Origin: an uncultured Mucilaginibacter sp.
GTDB lineage: Bacteria; Bacteroidota; Bacteroidia; Sphingobacteriales; Sphingobacteriaceae
DNA length: 64,000 nt
Assembly: GCF_937859865.1 (NCBI RefSeq)
Contig: NZ_CALMAT010000092.1
Location: forward strand, 46,198-110,197
Direction of reading: 5' to 3'
Positions within the stretch are counted from its first letter, which is position 1; every line of letters starts with the position of its first letter. The notes beneath the pieces were generated by a model. That model did no database searches and had not been told where the DNA came from. It was given only the letters and a program-made list of their open reading frames with translations. Of the stretch, positions 29,307 to 38,870 are shown piece by piece. Position numbers and translations under genes: made by a program.

Positions 29307-29924
29307 ATGTCAATTAGTCAAATCGATAGAATAATGCAGGGCGGCGACGAGCTTTTTTTGCAGGCCGGGATAAAAAGCGTAACGATGGACGATATAGCCA
29401 AACATTTGGGCATGTCAAAAAAAACCATTTACCATTATTTTGGCGACAAAAACGAGTTGGTGATCGCATTGGTCAAAAAAAAGTTGCGTGATGACGAATG
29501 CCAGATGCAACTGATTATACAAGATTCGGCCAATGTGATAGACGAAATGATCAACATGATGAAATGTTCGGAAGAAATATTTTCAAGGATCAATCCAATT
29601 GTAATCCATGACATACAAAAATATCATCCCGAGGCCTGGGGCGAGTTTCAAAAGTTTAAATCAAACGTTTTGATAAAAACGTTGGAAGAACTTTTAACCA
29701 AAGGCATAGAACAAGGTTTTATCCGGCCTGATTTGGATGTTAAAGTTTTGGCAAAAATGCGGGTGCACCAGGTAGAAATGGGCTTTAACCATACTATTTT
29801 TCCGCTTTCCCAGTTCAGCACTTGGAAAGTGCAATACCAATTGCTGGAGCATTTTAATTATGGCGTTTGTACGTTGAAAGGGCACCAGTTATTGGACCAG
29901 CATAAAATCAATATTAACAATTAA
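29307..29924 (+). CDS. TetR/AcrR family transcriptional regulator (first gene of the efflux operon)
   Basis: GIKSVTMDDIAKHLGMSKKTIYHYFGDKNELV HTH signature. 49 nt upstream of the TolC-like gene. Confidence 0.85.
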   Translation: MSISQIDRIMQGGDELFLQAGIKSVTMDDIAKHLGMSKKTIYHYFGDKNELVIALVKKKLRDDECQMQLIIQDSANVIDEMINMMKCSEEIFSRINPIVIHDIQKYHPEAWGEFQKFKSNVLIKTLEELLTKGIEQGFIRPDLDVKVLAKMRVHQVEMGFNHTIFPLSQFSTWKVQYQLLEHFNYGVCTLKGHQLLDQHKININN

Positions 29925-29973
29925 ATAAGTTGTAAACTACAAAAAATTAGAGCACCTTACCCAACCCGATTAA

Positions 29974-31389
29974 ATGAAAAAAATTACTACACTGCTGATT
30001 TGTTTTTTGACCAGTTTTCATCTGTTTGCACAAACGCAGGCACCTAATCAAACCTACAATTTTAGCATAACTGATTGTGTGAACTATGCTTATGAACATC
30101 AAGACTCGATCCTTAACGCGAAATTAGATGTTAAAAGTGCCGACTACAGAGTAAAAGAAATAATATCACAGGGATTACCCCAAATTAATGGTGCAGCGTC
30201 TTTTCAGGACTATTTAAAAACACCGGTAATTTTATTCCCCAATTTTATAACACCGGCAGTTTATGGCGTATTGATAGATAATAAAGTGAAGAATGGTACA
30301 GGCAATACAATAACTACTGTTCCTGACGGTGCCGGTGGTTATCAGGCCGTAAATTTTACCCAAAAATATAATTCAAACCTGGGTCTAACGTTAAATCAAA
30401 TTATATTTGATGCCAGTTACTTTGTTGGATTACAAGCGAGACGAACCTACAAAGAACTTTTTGACCGCAGTTATACCCGTACAAAAATCCAAACTGATGT
30501 AAATGTAACTAAAGCTTACTATCAGGTTTTGGTGAGCAATGAGCAAATCAGGTTATTAGATGCCAACATTAACCAACTTAAACAACAACTTGACCAAACT
30601 GTAGCCCAAAATAAACAGGGTTTTGTAGAGAAGATAGATGTTGACAGGATTACTGTTCAATATAATAATCTGGTTACCAACAGAGAAAACACACTTCGTT
30701 TACTGGCATTAAATTATCAGTTATTGAAGTTTCAAATGGGGATGCCAATTGAATTCGACTTAACGTTGAAAGATAAGCTGGCAGACGTTAACCTTAATGA
30801 TAATCTGGCAGAACTGAATGTTGACACTACATTTTACCGTAACAGGATTGAATACGGTTTATTGGAAAGCAATTTGCGGTTAACAGAGTACGATGTAAAA
30901 CGCTTAAAAAGTCAATATCTGCCTAAATTAAGTGCTAACGGAAGTACGGCATTGGCCTATCAAAATAATAATTTTGGTAATTTATTCGGAACTACTTTTC
31001 CTACTACTTACATTGGCCTATCTCTTAGCTTGCCAATTTACACTGGCGGGCAGCGTATAAATCAAATCAGACAAGCACAAATTATTGTGCAAAAAAATAG
31101 AAATAACTTAGATAACCTTAAGAACGCATTAAGTTTACAGGCAAGCCAAGCTAAAATTATTTTTATTAACGGCTTGCAAACACTAAACAACCAGAAAAAA
31201 AGCCGCGAACTGGCAGAAGAAGTGTTGCGTGTTTCAAAAATAAAATATCAGCAAGGCGTAGGTTCGAGTATTGAAGTTACCCAGGCACAAACGGCCCTTG
31301 AAACGGCAGATAACGATTACATCCAAGGCTTGTATGATGCCTTGGTAAGTAAAGTTGACCTTGACAGGGCTTACGGCAGAATTAAATAA
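29974..31389 (+). CDS. TolC-family outer-membrane efflux protein
   Basis: Signal peptide and two OEP repeats. Operon context with the MFP and RND genes. Confidence 0.9.
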   Translation: MKKITTLLICFLTSFHLFAQTQAPNQTYNFSITDCVNYAYEHQDSILNAKLDVKSADYRVKEIISQGLPQINGAASFQDYLKTPVILFPNFITPAVYGVLIDNKVKNGTGNTITTVPDGAGGYQAVNFTQKYNSNLGLTLNQIIFDASYFVGLQARRTYKELFDRSYTRTKIQTDVNVTKAYYQVLVSNEQIRLLDANINQLKQQLDQTVAQNKQGFVEKIDVDRITVQYNNLVTNRENTLRLLALNYQLLKFQMGMPIEFDLTLKDKLADVNLNDNLAELNVDTTFYRNRIEYGLLESNLRLTEYDVKRLKSQYLPKLSANGSTALAYQNNNFGNLFGTTFPTTYIGLSLSLPIYTGGQRINQIRQAQIIVQKNRNNLDNLKNALSLQASQAKIIFINGLQTLNNQKKSRELAEEVLRVSKIKYQQGVGSSIEVTQAQTALETADNDYIQGLYDALVSKVDLDRAYGRIK

Positions 31390-31415
31390 ATTACTTTTTA
31401 AACTTCTTAGCAAAA

Positions 31416-32519
31416 ATGAAAAAAATATTATACCTATCCGCCATACTGTTTTTAGCAGCATGTTCTAATAAGCCAAAAGATAAAAAAACAGAATTGGCGG
31501 ACTTGCAAAAACAACAGTCTGAAATAAATTCGAAAATCACAAAACTGCAAGCTGAAACCGGCAGTACAGATTCTACCAAATCAACAGAGGTAAGTACAAT
31601 TGAGGTTAAACCTGGCCATTTCACCAACTACGTACAGATACAGGGTAAAATTGATGCGCAAGACAACGTTACCGCTTATCCGCAAGCACCCGGAACAATA
31701 ATTGCAATTAACGCACGGGTTGGCCAGCACGTATCCAGAGGGCAGGTACTGGCACAATTAGACAACAGTGTTTTAAAGCAGCAAATTGCCCAGGCACAAT
31801 CGCAGGTATCGCTTTTGAATACGTTGTTTCAGCGCCAAAAAAACCTTTGGGACCAAAAAATCGGAACCGAAGTGCAGTTTTTACAGGCACAGACCAATTT
31901 GCAAAGTGCCCAAAAACAAGTGGCAGCGTTGAACGAGCAGGCAAGATTGTACCGTATAACTTCGCCAATCAGCGGAACGATTGACCAAATGGATTTGAAA
32001 CTGGGCCAAGTTGCACAGCCCGGCACTACAGGCATCCGGATTGTTAACGCCGATAATTTAAAAGTTAAGGCGGATGTGCCCGAATCCTATTCTGCCAGTG
32101 TTGGAACGGGCAACAATGTAAAAATTGTAGTGCCGGATGCCAACGATTCGCTGGTAACCAAAGTAACTTTTGCGGCCAAAGCCATTGACCCGACTTCGCG
32201 CAGTTTTGCAGTCGAGATTAAATTGCCTACACGCAAAACACTTCGCCCAAACATGACTGCGATTTTAAAAATTGCCGATTATTCTAAAGCCAATGCCATT
32301 ACAGTCCCGATCAAAGCCATCCAAAAATCAGAAGATGGTGATTATGTATTTGTAAACAACAGCGGAACGGCCAAACGCAAAACGGTTAAAGTTGGCGCTA
32401 CTTATGGTGGCCAGTCTGAAATAATATCGGGCCTAAATGCCGGCGACCAGTTGATAACCGCAGGTGCAGAAGACATAGAAGACGGCGATAAAATTAAAGT
32501 TTTGAACGCTGCCAATTAG
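31416..32519 (+). CDS. efflux RND periplasmic adaptor (MFP/HlyD family) lipoprotein
   Basis: LAACS lipobox, coiled-coil region and barrel-sandwich motifs (ITSPISGTIDQM). Confidence 0.9.
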   Translation: MKKILYLSAILFLAACSNKPKDKKTELADLQKQQSEINSKITKLQAETGSTDSTKSTEVSTIEVKPGHFTNYVQIQGKIDAQDNVTAYPQAPGTIIAINARVGQHVSRGQVLAQLDNSVLKQQIAQAQSQVSLLNTLFQRQKNLWDQKIGTEVQFLQAQTNLQSAQKQVAALNEQARLYRITSPISGTIDQMDLKLGQVAQPGTTGIRIVNADNLKVKADVPESYSASVGTGNNVKIVVPDANDSLVTKVTFAAKAIDPTSRSFAVEIKLPTRKTLRPNMTAILKIADYSKANAITVPIKAIQKSEDGDYVFVNNSGTAKRKTVKVGATYGGQSEIISGLNAGDQLITAGAEDIEDGDKIKVLNAAN

Positions 32520-32530
32520 AAGCATTCAAA

Positions 32531-32675
32531 ACTTTTATCGTTAAAATTTACAATGCTTCTTTTATGCCAGTAAATTCTGTTTTTAAATGTTGGACCTTAC
32601 AAAAAGTATAATAAACCAATGATTTTTATGTGATAAAAGAAGCATAGAAATAAACTGAATAAAATTTAAACAGGC
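32531..32675. repeat. MITE-like element copy B (left TIR missing), inside the efflux operon between the MFP and RND genes
   Basis: acaatgcttcttttatgccagtaaattctgtttttaaatgt...gatttttatgtgataaaagaagcata...aaatttaaacaggc aligns with 29041-29168. Confidence 0.7.
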
Positions 32676-32705
32676 TCTTAATATATTTTACCACTTGATC
32701 TGTTA

Positions 32706-35700
32706 ATGATGAAAGATCTCAAAAAAGAATTTGCGCCCTCAAGCTGGGCCATTGACAACAAAACGGCTATCTACGTGCTCATCTTTTTGATCACGGTATT
32801 AGGGCTAATCAGTTATAACAATTTGCCGAAAGAAAATTTTCCGGATATTGCGCAATCAAAGGTGTTTGTTACCACCACATTTGCCGGCCAATCGCCCCAA
32901 AATATTGAGAATTTGGTAACAAGGCAAATTGAAAAACAATTAAAATCTTTGAAAGGGCTGAAAAAAGTTACGTCCAACTCGGTTCAAAACGTATCAATTA
33001 TCACCGCGGAATTTCAGGCGAACATTAAGATCAAAGATGCTAAAATTGATGTAAAAGATGCGGTGGACAAAGCCAAACAGGATTTGCCGCAGAATGATGA
33101 CAACTTGAAAGAATCTGTGATATCAGATATCAACGTTGCAGATTTGCCTATTTTATACATCAACATTTCTGGCGACTACGATTTAAAACGGTTAAAGGAA
33201 TATGCCGATCTGTTGAAAGATGAAATAGAAGGCTATAAGGAAATTTCTAAAGTTGATGAAGTAGGCGCCTTAACGCCCGAAATCCAGGTGAATGTTGACT
33301 TGAACAAGATGGCCGCGGCACAAGTTAGTTTTGGCGATGTCATCCAGGCAATCGGTTCAGAAAATATTTTAACAACAGCAGGCACCGTAAAAACAGACGG
33401 TGTACGCCGTAGCATAGACATCAAACAGGATTTTAAAAATGCGGCTGAAGTAGCCGACATGGCCATCAGGAACCCAAAAGGCCAAACAGTTTATTTACGT
33501 GACATTGCCGAAATAAAAGATGCTTTTTTGGAGCAGGAAAGTTATGCCCGTTTAAAAACAAACGATAACCCGAAGTTTAAAAACGTAATCACCTTAAACG
33601 TAAGTAAAAGGGCAGGCGAAAATTTGATCCAGGCATCGGATAAGATCAACGAACTGATTAAGCTAAAGGAAAAAACAGTTTTCCCAAAAGGCTTAAACAT
33701 TACCGTAACTGGCGATCAATCGGACAAAACCCGTACTACCTTGAACGACCTGATCAACACCATCATTATTGGTTTTATATTGGTTACCCTTATCCTGATG
33801 TTTTTTATGGGTACAACCAACGCTATTTTCGTGGCATTATCAGTTCCGTTGTCCTGCTTTATTGCATTTTTGGTAATGCCTGCAATCGGCTTTACGCTAA
33901 ACATGATTGTGCTGTTCTCGTTCCTGCTTGCTTTGGGTATTGTGGTGGATGATGCGATTGTGGTAATTGAAAACACACACCGTATTTTTGATAACGGAAA
34001 AGTACCGATAAAAGAAGCAGCAAAAATGGCGGCAGGCGAAGTTTTTCTTCCTGTGTTTTCCGGCACCATGACTACCCTTGCGCCGTTTATCCCTTTGGCT
34101 TTCTGGAACAGTTTAATAGGCCACTTCATGTTCTTTTTGCCTATTACTTTGATTATCACTTTGCTGGCTTCTTTGGTAGTTGCTTATATCATGAACCCTG
34201 TTTTTGCGGTTGATTTTATGAAAGCCCATGTAGAAGGGGAACACGATCATCCCAAATTTGATAAAGGCGTTAAACGTACGCTTATTTATCTGGCCATAGC
34301 TACTGCCGTTGGTTACTTTATCAATATTGGCTTTGGAAATTTTATGGTTGTGATGATTGTTTTGTACCTGTTTAACCACTTCTTTTTGCTAAAAGTAATT
34401 GACAGGTTCCAAAAAAATGTATGGCCGAGATTCCAGGCCTGGTACGCCAAATGGCTGGAACGTGCTGTACACAGGCCGGTTACCGTTTTGTTAGGGACTT
34501 TTGGCTTATTTGTACTGGCTATCGTGCTAATGGTGGTGTTAGGCAAAACACCGGTATTTTTCCCATCCGGCGATCCAAATTTTGCTTATGTGTACATTAC
34601 CATGCCCATCGGTACAGACCAGGCTACCACAAACGAAATTACCAAAAAGCTGGAGCAGCGTGTGGCACAAGTAGTTGAGCCGGACAAAAACATTGTATCG
34701 TCTATCATCTCCAACGTTACCAAAGGCGTAACTGACCCAACGGATGAAGACCAGGGCGATTATGAAAATAAAGGCAAAATAACAGTTGCCTTTGTGGAGT
34801 TTGGCAAGCGCAACGGTAAGGATACAAAAAAGGTGTTGACAAACATACGCAATGCAGTACAAGGCATTCCGGGTGTTAAAATTGCCGTGGCACAGGAAAA
34901 CAGCGGGCCACCGGTACAAAAGGATATCAGTATTGAAATTATTGGCGATAACCTGGACACTTTGGTCAAAACCAGTAACCGCCTAAAAAACTTTATTGCG
35001 AAACAAAATATTGCAGGCATTGAAAACCTGACTGCCGATGTGCAAAACGACAAGCCAGAAATTGTGTTTGATATTGACCGCGAAAGGGCAAACCGGGAAG
35101 GTTTAAACACGGCACAAATCAGCCAGGCATTAGGTACGGCCGTTTTCGGGGCAAAAGCCGGTGATTTTAGGAATACGAAAGAAGATGATTACCAGATAAA
35201 AGTGAGGGCCTTACAGGACCAACGCGGTAATATTGACGAAATACGCAATATGAAAATTACTTACCGCGATATGGGTTCGGGCGGCATTATTCGGCAGGTG
35301 CCTATCTCTGCTTTTACGGATGTCCGATACACCGATACTTACAGCAATATTAAACGGAAACAGCAACGCCGTGTATTAACTTTAGGTTCAAGCGTAATCA
35401 AACCTTATAATGCCAACGAAGTAAACGCCAATATTTTAAAAGCGATCGACAACTTTAAAAAACCTGATGACGTGATCATCCGCCAGGGCGGCGGTCAGGA
35501 AGACCAGTTGGAAGCCGTTACCTTTTTGGGCAGTGCTTTGGCCACTTCCTTTGGATTAATCCTGATCATCCTGATGATCCAGTTTAACTCCATCGGCAAA
35601 ACCTTTATCATCATCAGCGAAATCTTCTTTAGTATCATTGGCGTGTTGCTTGGCGTAAGTATTTTCGGGATGACGATGGCGATTGTAATGACCGGCATCG

Positions 35701-36131
35701 GGATCATCGCATTGGCAGGCGTAGTGGTACGGAACGGGATTTTGTTGGTTGAGTTTACCGATATGCTGATAGAGCAAGGCACCAACGTGCATGATGCCGT
35801 GGTAGAAGCCGGCCATACCCGGATGACACCGGTACTGTTAACTGCCACTGCCGCTATCTTAGGTTTAATACCTTTGGCCGTAGGTTTAAATATTGATTTT
35901 GTTGGCTTGTTTACCCACTTCCAACCGCATATTTACTTTGGTGGCGACAACGTTGCCTTTTGGGGACCGCTTGCTTGGACCATGATCTTCGGTTTAGGCT
36001 TTGCAACCATCATCACCCTGATCCTGGTTCCGTGCATGTACCTTATCCGCGTAAACCTAAAAAACAGGTTGTTTGGCAAAAAAGAAAAAGTGGAAATAAA
36101 ACACCCGGAATTGGAAGCCGTGGAAGCGTAA
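32706..36131 (+). CDS. efflux RND transporter permease (AcrB/AcrD/AcrF family)
   Basis: 1141 aa with 12-TM RND architecture (GIVVDDAIVVIEN, GVVVRNGILLVEF). Confidence 0.95.
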   Translation: MMKDLKKEFAPSSWAIDNKTAIYVLIFLITVLGLISYNNLPKENFPDIAQSKVFVTTTFAGQSPQNIENLVTRQIEKQLKSLKGLKKVTSNSVQNVSIITAEFQANIKIKDAKIDVKDAVDKAKQDLPQNDDNLKESVISDINVADLPILYINISGDYDLKRLKEYADLLKDEIEGYKEISKVDEVGALTPEIQVNVDLNKMAAAQVSFGDVIQAIGSENILTTAGTVKTDGVRRSIDIKQDFKNAAEVADMAIRNPKGQTVYLRDIAEIKDAFLEQESYARLKTNDNPKFKNVITLNVSKRAGENLIQASDKINELIKLKEKTVFPKGLNITVTGDQSDKTRTTLNDLINTIIIGFILVTLILMFFMGTTNAIFVALSVPLSCFIAFLVMPAIGFTLNMIVLFSFLLALGIVVDDAIVVIENTHRIFDNGKVPIKEAAKMAAGEVFLPVFSGTMTTLAPFIPLAFWNSLIGHFMFFLPITLIITLLASLVVAYIMNPVFAVDFMKAHVEGEHDHPKFDKGVKRTLIYLAIATAVGYFINIGFGNFMVVMIVLYLFNHFFLLKVIDRFQKNVWPRFQAWYAKWLERAVHRPVTVLLGTFGLFVLAIVLMVVLGKTPVFFPSGDPNFAYVYITMPIGTDQATTNEITKKLEQRVAQVVEPDKNIVSSIISNVTKGVTDPTDEDQGDYENKGKITVAFVEFGKRNGKDTKKVLTNIRNAVQGIPGVKIAVAQENSGPPVQKDISIEIIGDNLDTLVKTSNRLKNFIAKQNIAGIENLTADVQNDKPEIVFDIDRERANREGLNTAQISQALGTAVFGAKAGDFRNTKEDDYQIKVRALQDQRGNIDEIRNMKITYRDMGSGGIIRQVPISAFTDVRYTDTYSNIKRKQQRRVLTLGSSVIKPYNANEVNANILKAIDNFKKPDDVIIRQGGGQEDQLEAVTFLGSALATSFGLILIILMIQFNSIGKTFIIISEIFFSIIGVLLGVSIFGMTMAIVMTGIGIIALAGVVVRNGILLVEFTDMLIEQGTNVHDAVVEAGHTRMTPVLLTATAAILGLIPLAVGLNIDFVGLFTHFQPHIYFGGDNVAFWGPLAWTMIFGLGFATIITLILVPCMYLIRVNLKNRLFGKKEKVEIKHPELEAVEA

Positions 36132-36134
36132 TCC

Positions 36135-36180
36135 AATTTTTACCGGATAAAAGAAGTATGCTTATTTTATCCGGTAAAAA
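36135..36180. repeat. DRM forward copy overlapping a degenerate reverse copy (tail-to-tail palindrome)
   Basis: aatttttaccggataaaagaagtatgcttattttatccggtaaaaa, with ccggataaaa/ttttatccgg arms. Confidence 0.75.
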
Positions 36181-36211
36181 CCCGCGTTACTGTTTGTAAC
36201 GCGGGTTTTTT
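36176..36211 (+). terminator. rho-independent terminator of the RND operon
   Basis: acccgcgttac-tgtttg-taacgcgggt stem followed by tttttgg. Confidence 0.8.
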
Positions 36212-36217
36212 GGTTTT

Positions 36218-36246
36218 TGTCATGCCGAAACAAGTTCGGCATGACA
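36218..36246. repeat. GTCATGCCGAA palindrome (12-bp stem)
   Basis: tgtcatgccgaa-acaag-ttcggcatgaca. Confidence 0.8.
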
Positions 36247-36254
36247 GCGCGAGA

Positions 36255-36331
36255 CATACTTCTTTTACCAACAAAAAATCCGCGTTGCCACAAACAGCAA
36301 CGCGGATTTTATACCGATAAAAACAGTATCC
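36255..36331. repeat. motif-terminator-motif composite (DRM reverse, katE terminator, DRM forward ACAG variant)
   Basis: catacttcttttaccaac-aaaaaatccgcgttgccacaaacagcaacgcggatttt-ataccgataaaaacagtatcc; same architecture as 9961-10053. Confidence 0.75.
36273..36310 (-). terminator. rho-independent terminator of katE
   Basis: The minus strand reads aaaatccgcgttgc-tgtttgtg-gcaacgcggatttttt. The stem sequence is a near copy of the plus-strand terminator at 36176-36211. Confidence 0.8.
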
Positions 36332-36341
36332 TAAATTTTAA

Positions 36342-38516
36342 CTATGCCGGAAACTTCTCTTCCGGTTTTTCACGCTCCCAGAAACGGTGTTTGCTGATGG
36401 CATCAATGAAAACAGCAGGCGATTGGTTTAAAACCAAACCCATTTTTGCCAGTTTCGATTCATCTGATGTACCTGCCAATACCTTTTTGCCCAAATAAGA
36501 ACCTTTTAGCAGTTCAATCGCTTCTTTATCCGCAGCAATTGGTTTGCAATGGCGGTAAGCTTCGTCCACAAAATGGAAAGCATCCCCTTCTTTTTCCAAA
36601 GCTGCAATGCTGTCTTTTCCTCCGGGAATATAAACCGCATCAAACAAAACAGAGGCAGCTACCAGGAAGCTTTGGTCAACATTAATCGCATTGCCTTTGC
36701 TGTCTTTGATTTTGCCTAATTTTGGGGCAATAACTTTTACCGTTGCGCCTGCTGCTTTTAACGCAGATTTCATGGCATTTAATGCATCGCCATCTACGCC
36801 GTTTGCCGCTAAAAAAGCAATTTGCCGTGTTTTGATGCTTTTGCTCACCACTTTGGCCATGCTTAAAGCTTCCGATTTTTTGATCGACGATTTGCCTTTT
36901 ACAGATTCTGATTTTGCCGGGTCTGCATCTGCGCCGTGGCTAAAATTCATTGGCGATTCCGGTTTTGAAGGGACTGCCATGCCCAAACCTTCGGCCACTT
37001 TGCTTACTAAAGTTGCATCTATTTGAGACAATAAACCCAGCATTCGCATACGTATTTCTTCCATATCTACTTTGCCCAATTCAAAACGCAAAGCATCAAT
37101 GATGTGGTTCTGCTCTATTTCTGACATGCTGTTAAAAAACAAGGTTGCCTGGCTAAAATGGTCGCGGAAACTATCACTGCGTGCCCTGATTTTTTTGGCA
37201 TCAATCCGTTCTTGGTAAGAAGTAAAACCACCTTCGGAAACTTTGGCCTGTTTTGGGAAACCGTCAGCAATTTTATTTGGTTCGTATGCCACCCGGCCAC
37301 TGTTGATCGTTTGGCGCATATGGCCTTCGCGTTGGTTATTAACAACCGGCGCGATAGAACGGTTGATGGGGATTTCATGAAAGTTTGGGCTGCCTAAACG
37401 TGTCAACTGGGTATCCGTGTAGGAAAATAGGCGGCCTTGCAACAATGGGTCGTTGGTGAAATCCATACCAGGGACAATATGGCCAAGGTGAAAAGCCACT
37501 TGCTCTGTTTCAGCAAAATAACTGTCCGGGTTTCGGTTTAGCACCATTTTACCAATACGTTGGACAGGGACTAATTCTTCTGGTACAATCTTGGTCGAAT
37601 CTAAAATATCAAAATCAAATTTGTGTTCGTCTTCTTCGGAGATCAATTGCACGCCCAGCTCCCATTCCGGGAAATCACCGTTTTCTATTGCTTCCCACAA
37701 ATCCATACGGTGGAAGTCGGGGTTTTTACCTGAAATTTTCTGTGCTTCGTCCCAGGCAACAGAAAAAACGCCTTGCAAAGGTTTCCAATGAAATTTTACA
37801 AAGGTTGCTTTGCCTTCTTCATTAATCAACCGAAAAGTATGTACACCAAAACCTTCCATCATACGATAGCTGCGCGGAATGGCACGGTCGCTCATCAGCC
37901 ACATAATCATGTGCATGGATTCTGGCATCAGCGAAATAAAATCGTAAAAAGTATCATGGGCAGAGGAAGCTTGAGGGATTTCGTTGTGTGGTTCGGGCTT
38001 TACAGCATGGATCAAATCCGGGAAGTTGATCGCATCCTGGATAAAAAACACAGGTATATTGTTTCCCACAAAATCATAAATCCCTTCTTCGGTATAAAAT
38101 TTAACTGCGAAACCACGGACATCGCGTGCCAGATCGGTTGAACCACGCGAGCCGCCAACGGTAGAAAAACGGGCGAAGATGGGTGTTTTGCGGGAAGGAT
38201 CATTTAAAAAACCGGCTTTGGTGTATTTGGCCATGGGTTCGTAAACCTGGAAATAACCATGCGCACCGGTGCCCCGAGCGTGCACTACCCTTTCCGGGAT
38301 GCGTTCATGGTCAAAATGGGTGATTTTTTCCCGCAGGATAAAATCTTCTAAAAGTGTTGGGCCACGGTCGCCTGCTTTGAGCGAGTTATGGTCGTCGTTT
38401 ACTTTTAAGCCCTGGTTGGTGGTTAAAAACTGGCCGTCGGAATAAGAAGTATCCTGCTCCAGATCTTGTAGCTTTTTGTTGGTTTCGGTTCTGTTTTGCT
38501 GATTTTTGTTTTCCAT
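36342..38516 (-). CDS. katE: catalase HPII (large-subunit clade with C-terminal DJ-1/PfpI-like domain)
   Basis: 724 aa with catalase core motifs (RERIPERVVHARGTGAHGYF, RLFSYTDTQ) plus a ~150-aa C-terminal flavodoxin-like extension. Confidence 0.95.
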   Translation of the reverse strand: MENKNQQNRTETNKKLQDLEQDTSYSDGQFLTTNQGLKVNDDHNSLKAGDRGPTLLEDFILREKITHFDHERIPERVVHARGTGAHGYFQVYEPMAKYTKAGFLNDPSRKTPIFARFSTVGGSRGSTDLARDVRGFAVKFYTEEGIYDFVGNNIPVFFIQDAINFPDLIHAVKPEPHNEIPQASSAHDTFYDFISLMPESMHMIMWLMSDRAIPRSYRMMEGFGVHTFRLINEEGKATFVKFHWKPLQGVFSVAWDEAQKISGKNPDFHRMDLWEAIENGDFPEWELGVQLISEEDEHKFDFDILDSTKIVPEELVPVQRIGKMVLNRNPDSYFAETEQVAFHLGHIVPGMDFTNDPLLQGRLFSYTDTQLTRLGSPNFHEIPINRSIAPVVNNQREGHMRQTINSGRVAYEPNKIADGFPKQAKVSEGGFTSYQERIDAKKIRARSDSFRDHFSQATLFFNSMSEIEQNHIIDALRFELGKVDMEEIRMRMLGLLSQIDATLVSKVAEGLGMAVPSKPESPMNFSHGADADPAKSESVKGKSSIKKSEALSMAKVVSKSIKTRQIAFLAANGVDGDALNAMKSALKAAGATVKVIAPKLGKIKDSKGNAINVDQSFLVAASVLFDAVYIPGGKDSIAALEKEGDAFHFVDEAYRHCKPIAADKEAIELLKGSYLGKKVLAGTSDESKLAKMGLVLNQSPAVFIDAISKHRFWEREKPEEKFPA

Positions 38517-38722
38517 TTTCGTTTTAGAATTAGTGGGCTTTGTTTGGAGGAAGTTTAGGCAAAGTGTTTTTTAAAAAAATGAGGTTTAGAAACCCTACCT
38601 TCTTATCTTAGGATTGCCTTTTATAAGAAGTTATTTCCTTTTGGTTTTGTTTCTATTCAAATAATTAATATTTGTTCAACAAGGCATTAACTGAAATTGC
38701 TGTAACCGGAAAATGAAAAGCA

Positions 38723-38748
38723 AATGCTTCTTTTAGCACATAAAATTT
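38723..38748 (-). repeat. DRM, reverse
   Basis: aatgcttcttttagcacataaaattt; 207 nt upstream of the katE ATG. Confidence 0.8.
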
Positions 38749-38776
38749 AGTGCTCGGCAACCGTAAAATTTAAAGT

Positions 38777-38803
38777 AAAAAAATATAGGGTAAAAGAAGC
38801 ATT
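38777..38803 (+). repeat. DRM, forward
   Basis: aaaaaaatatagggtaaaagaagcatt. Confidence 0.7.
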
Positions 38804-38821
38804 ACAGCCGAAGAACCAACC

Positions 38822-38846
38822 CTACTGTTTTTATCCCCTTAAAATC
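38822..38846 (-). repeat. DRM, reverse (ACAG variant, degenerate)
   Basis: ctactgtttttatccccttaaaatc. Confidence 0.6.
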
Positions 38847-38870
38847 AGCAACTACATTAGTGAAAACAGT

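Noticed and set aside
38598-38633. Inverted repeat cttcttat...ataagaag upstream of katE.
   Set aside because: It is probably a degenerate pair of the dispersed motif core rather than an independent regulatory site. It is too diverged to call.
38657-38676. AT-rich near-palindrome caaataattaatatttg, 140-160 nt upstream of katE, as a possible PerR/Fur-type box.
   Set aside because: The symmetry is imperfect in an AT-rich background and I cannot distinguish it from chance without a genome-wide motif model.
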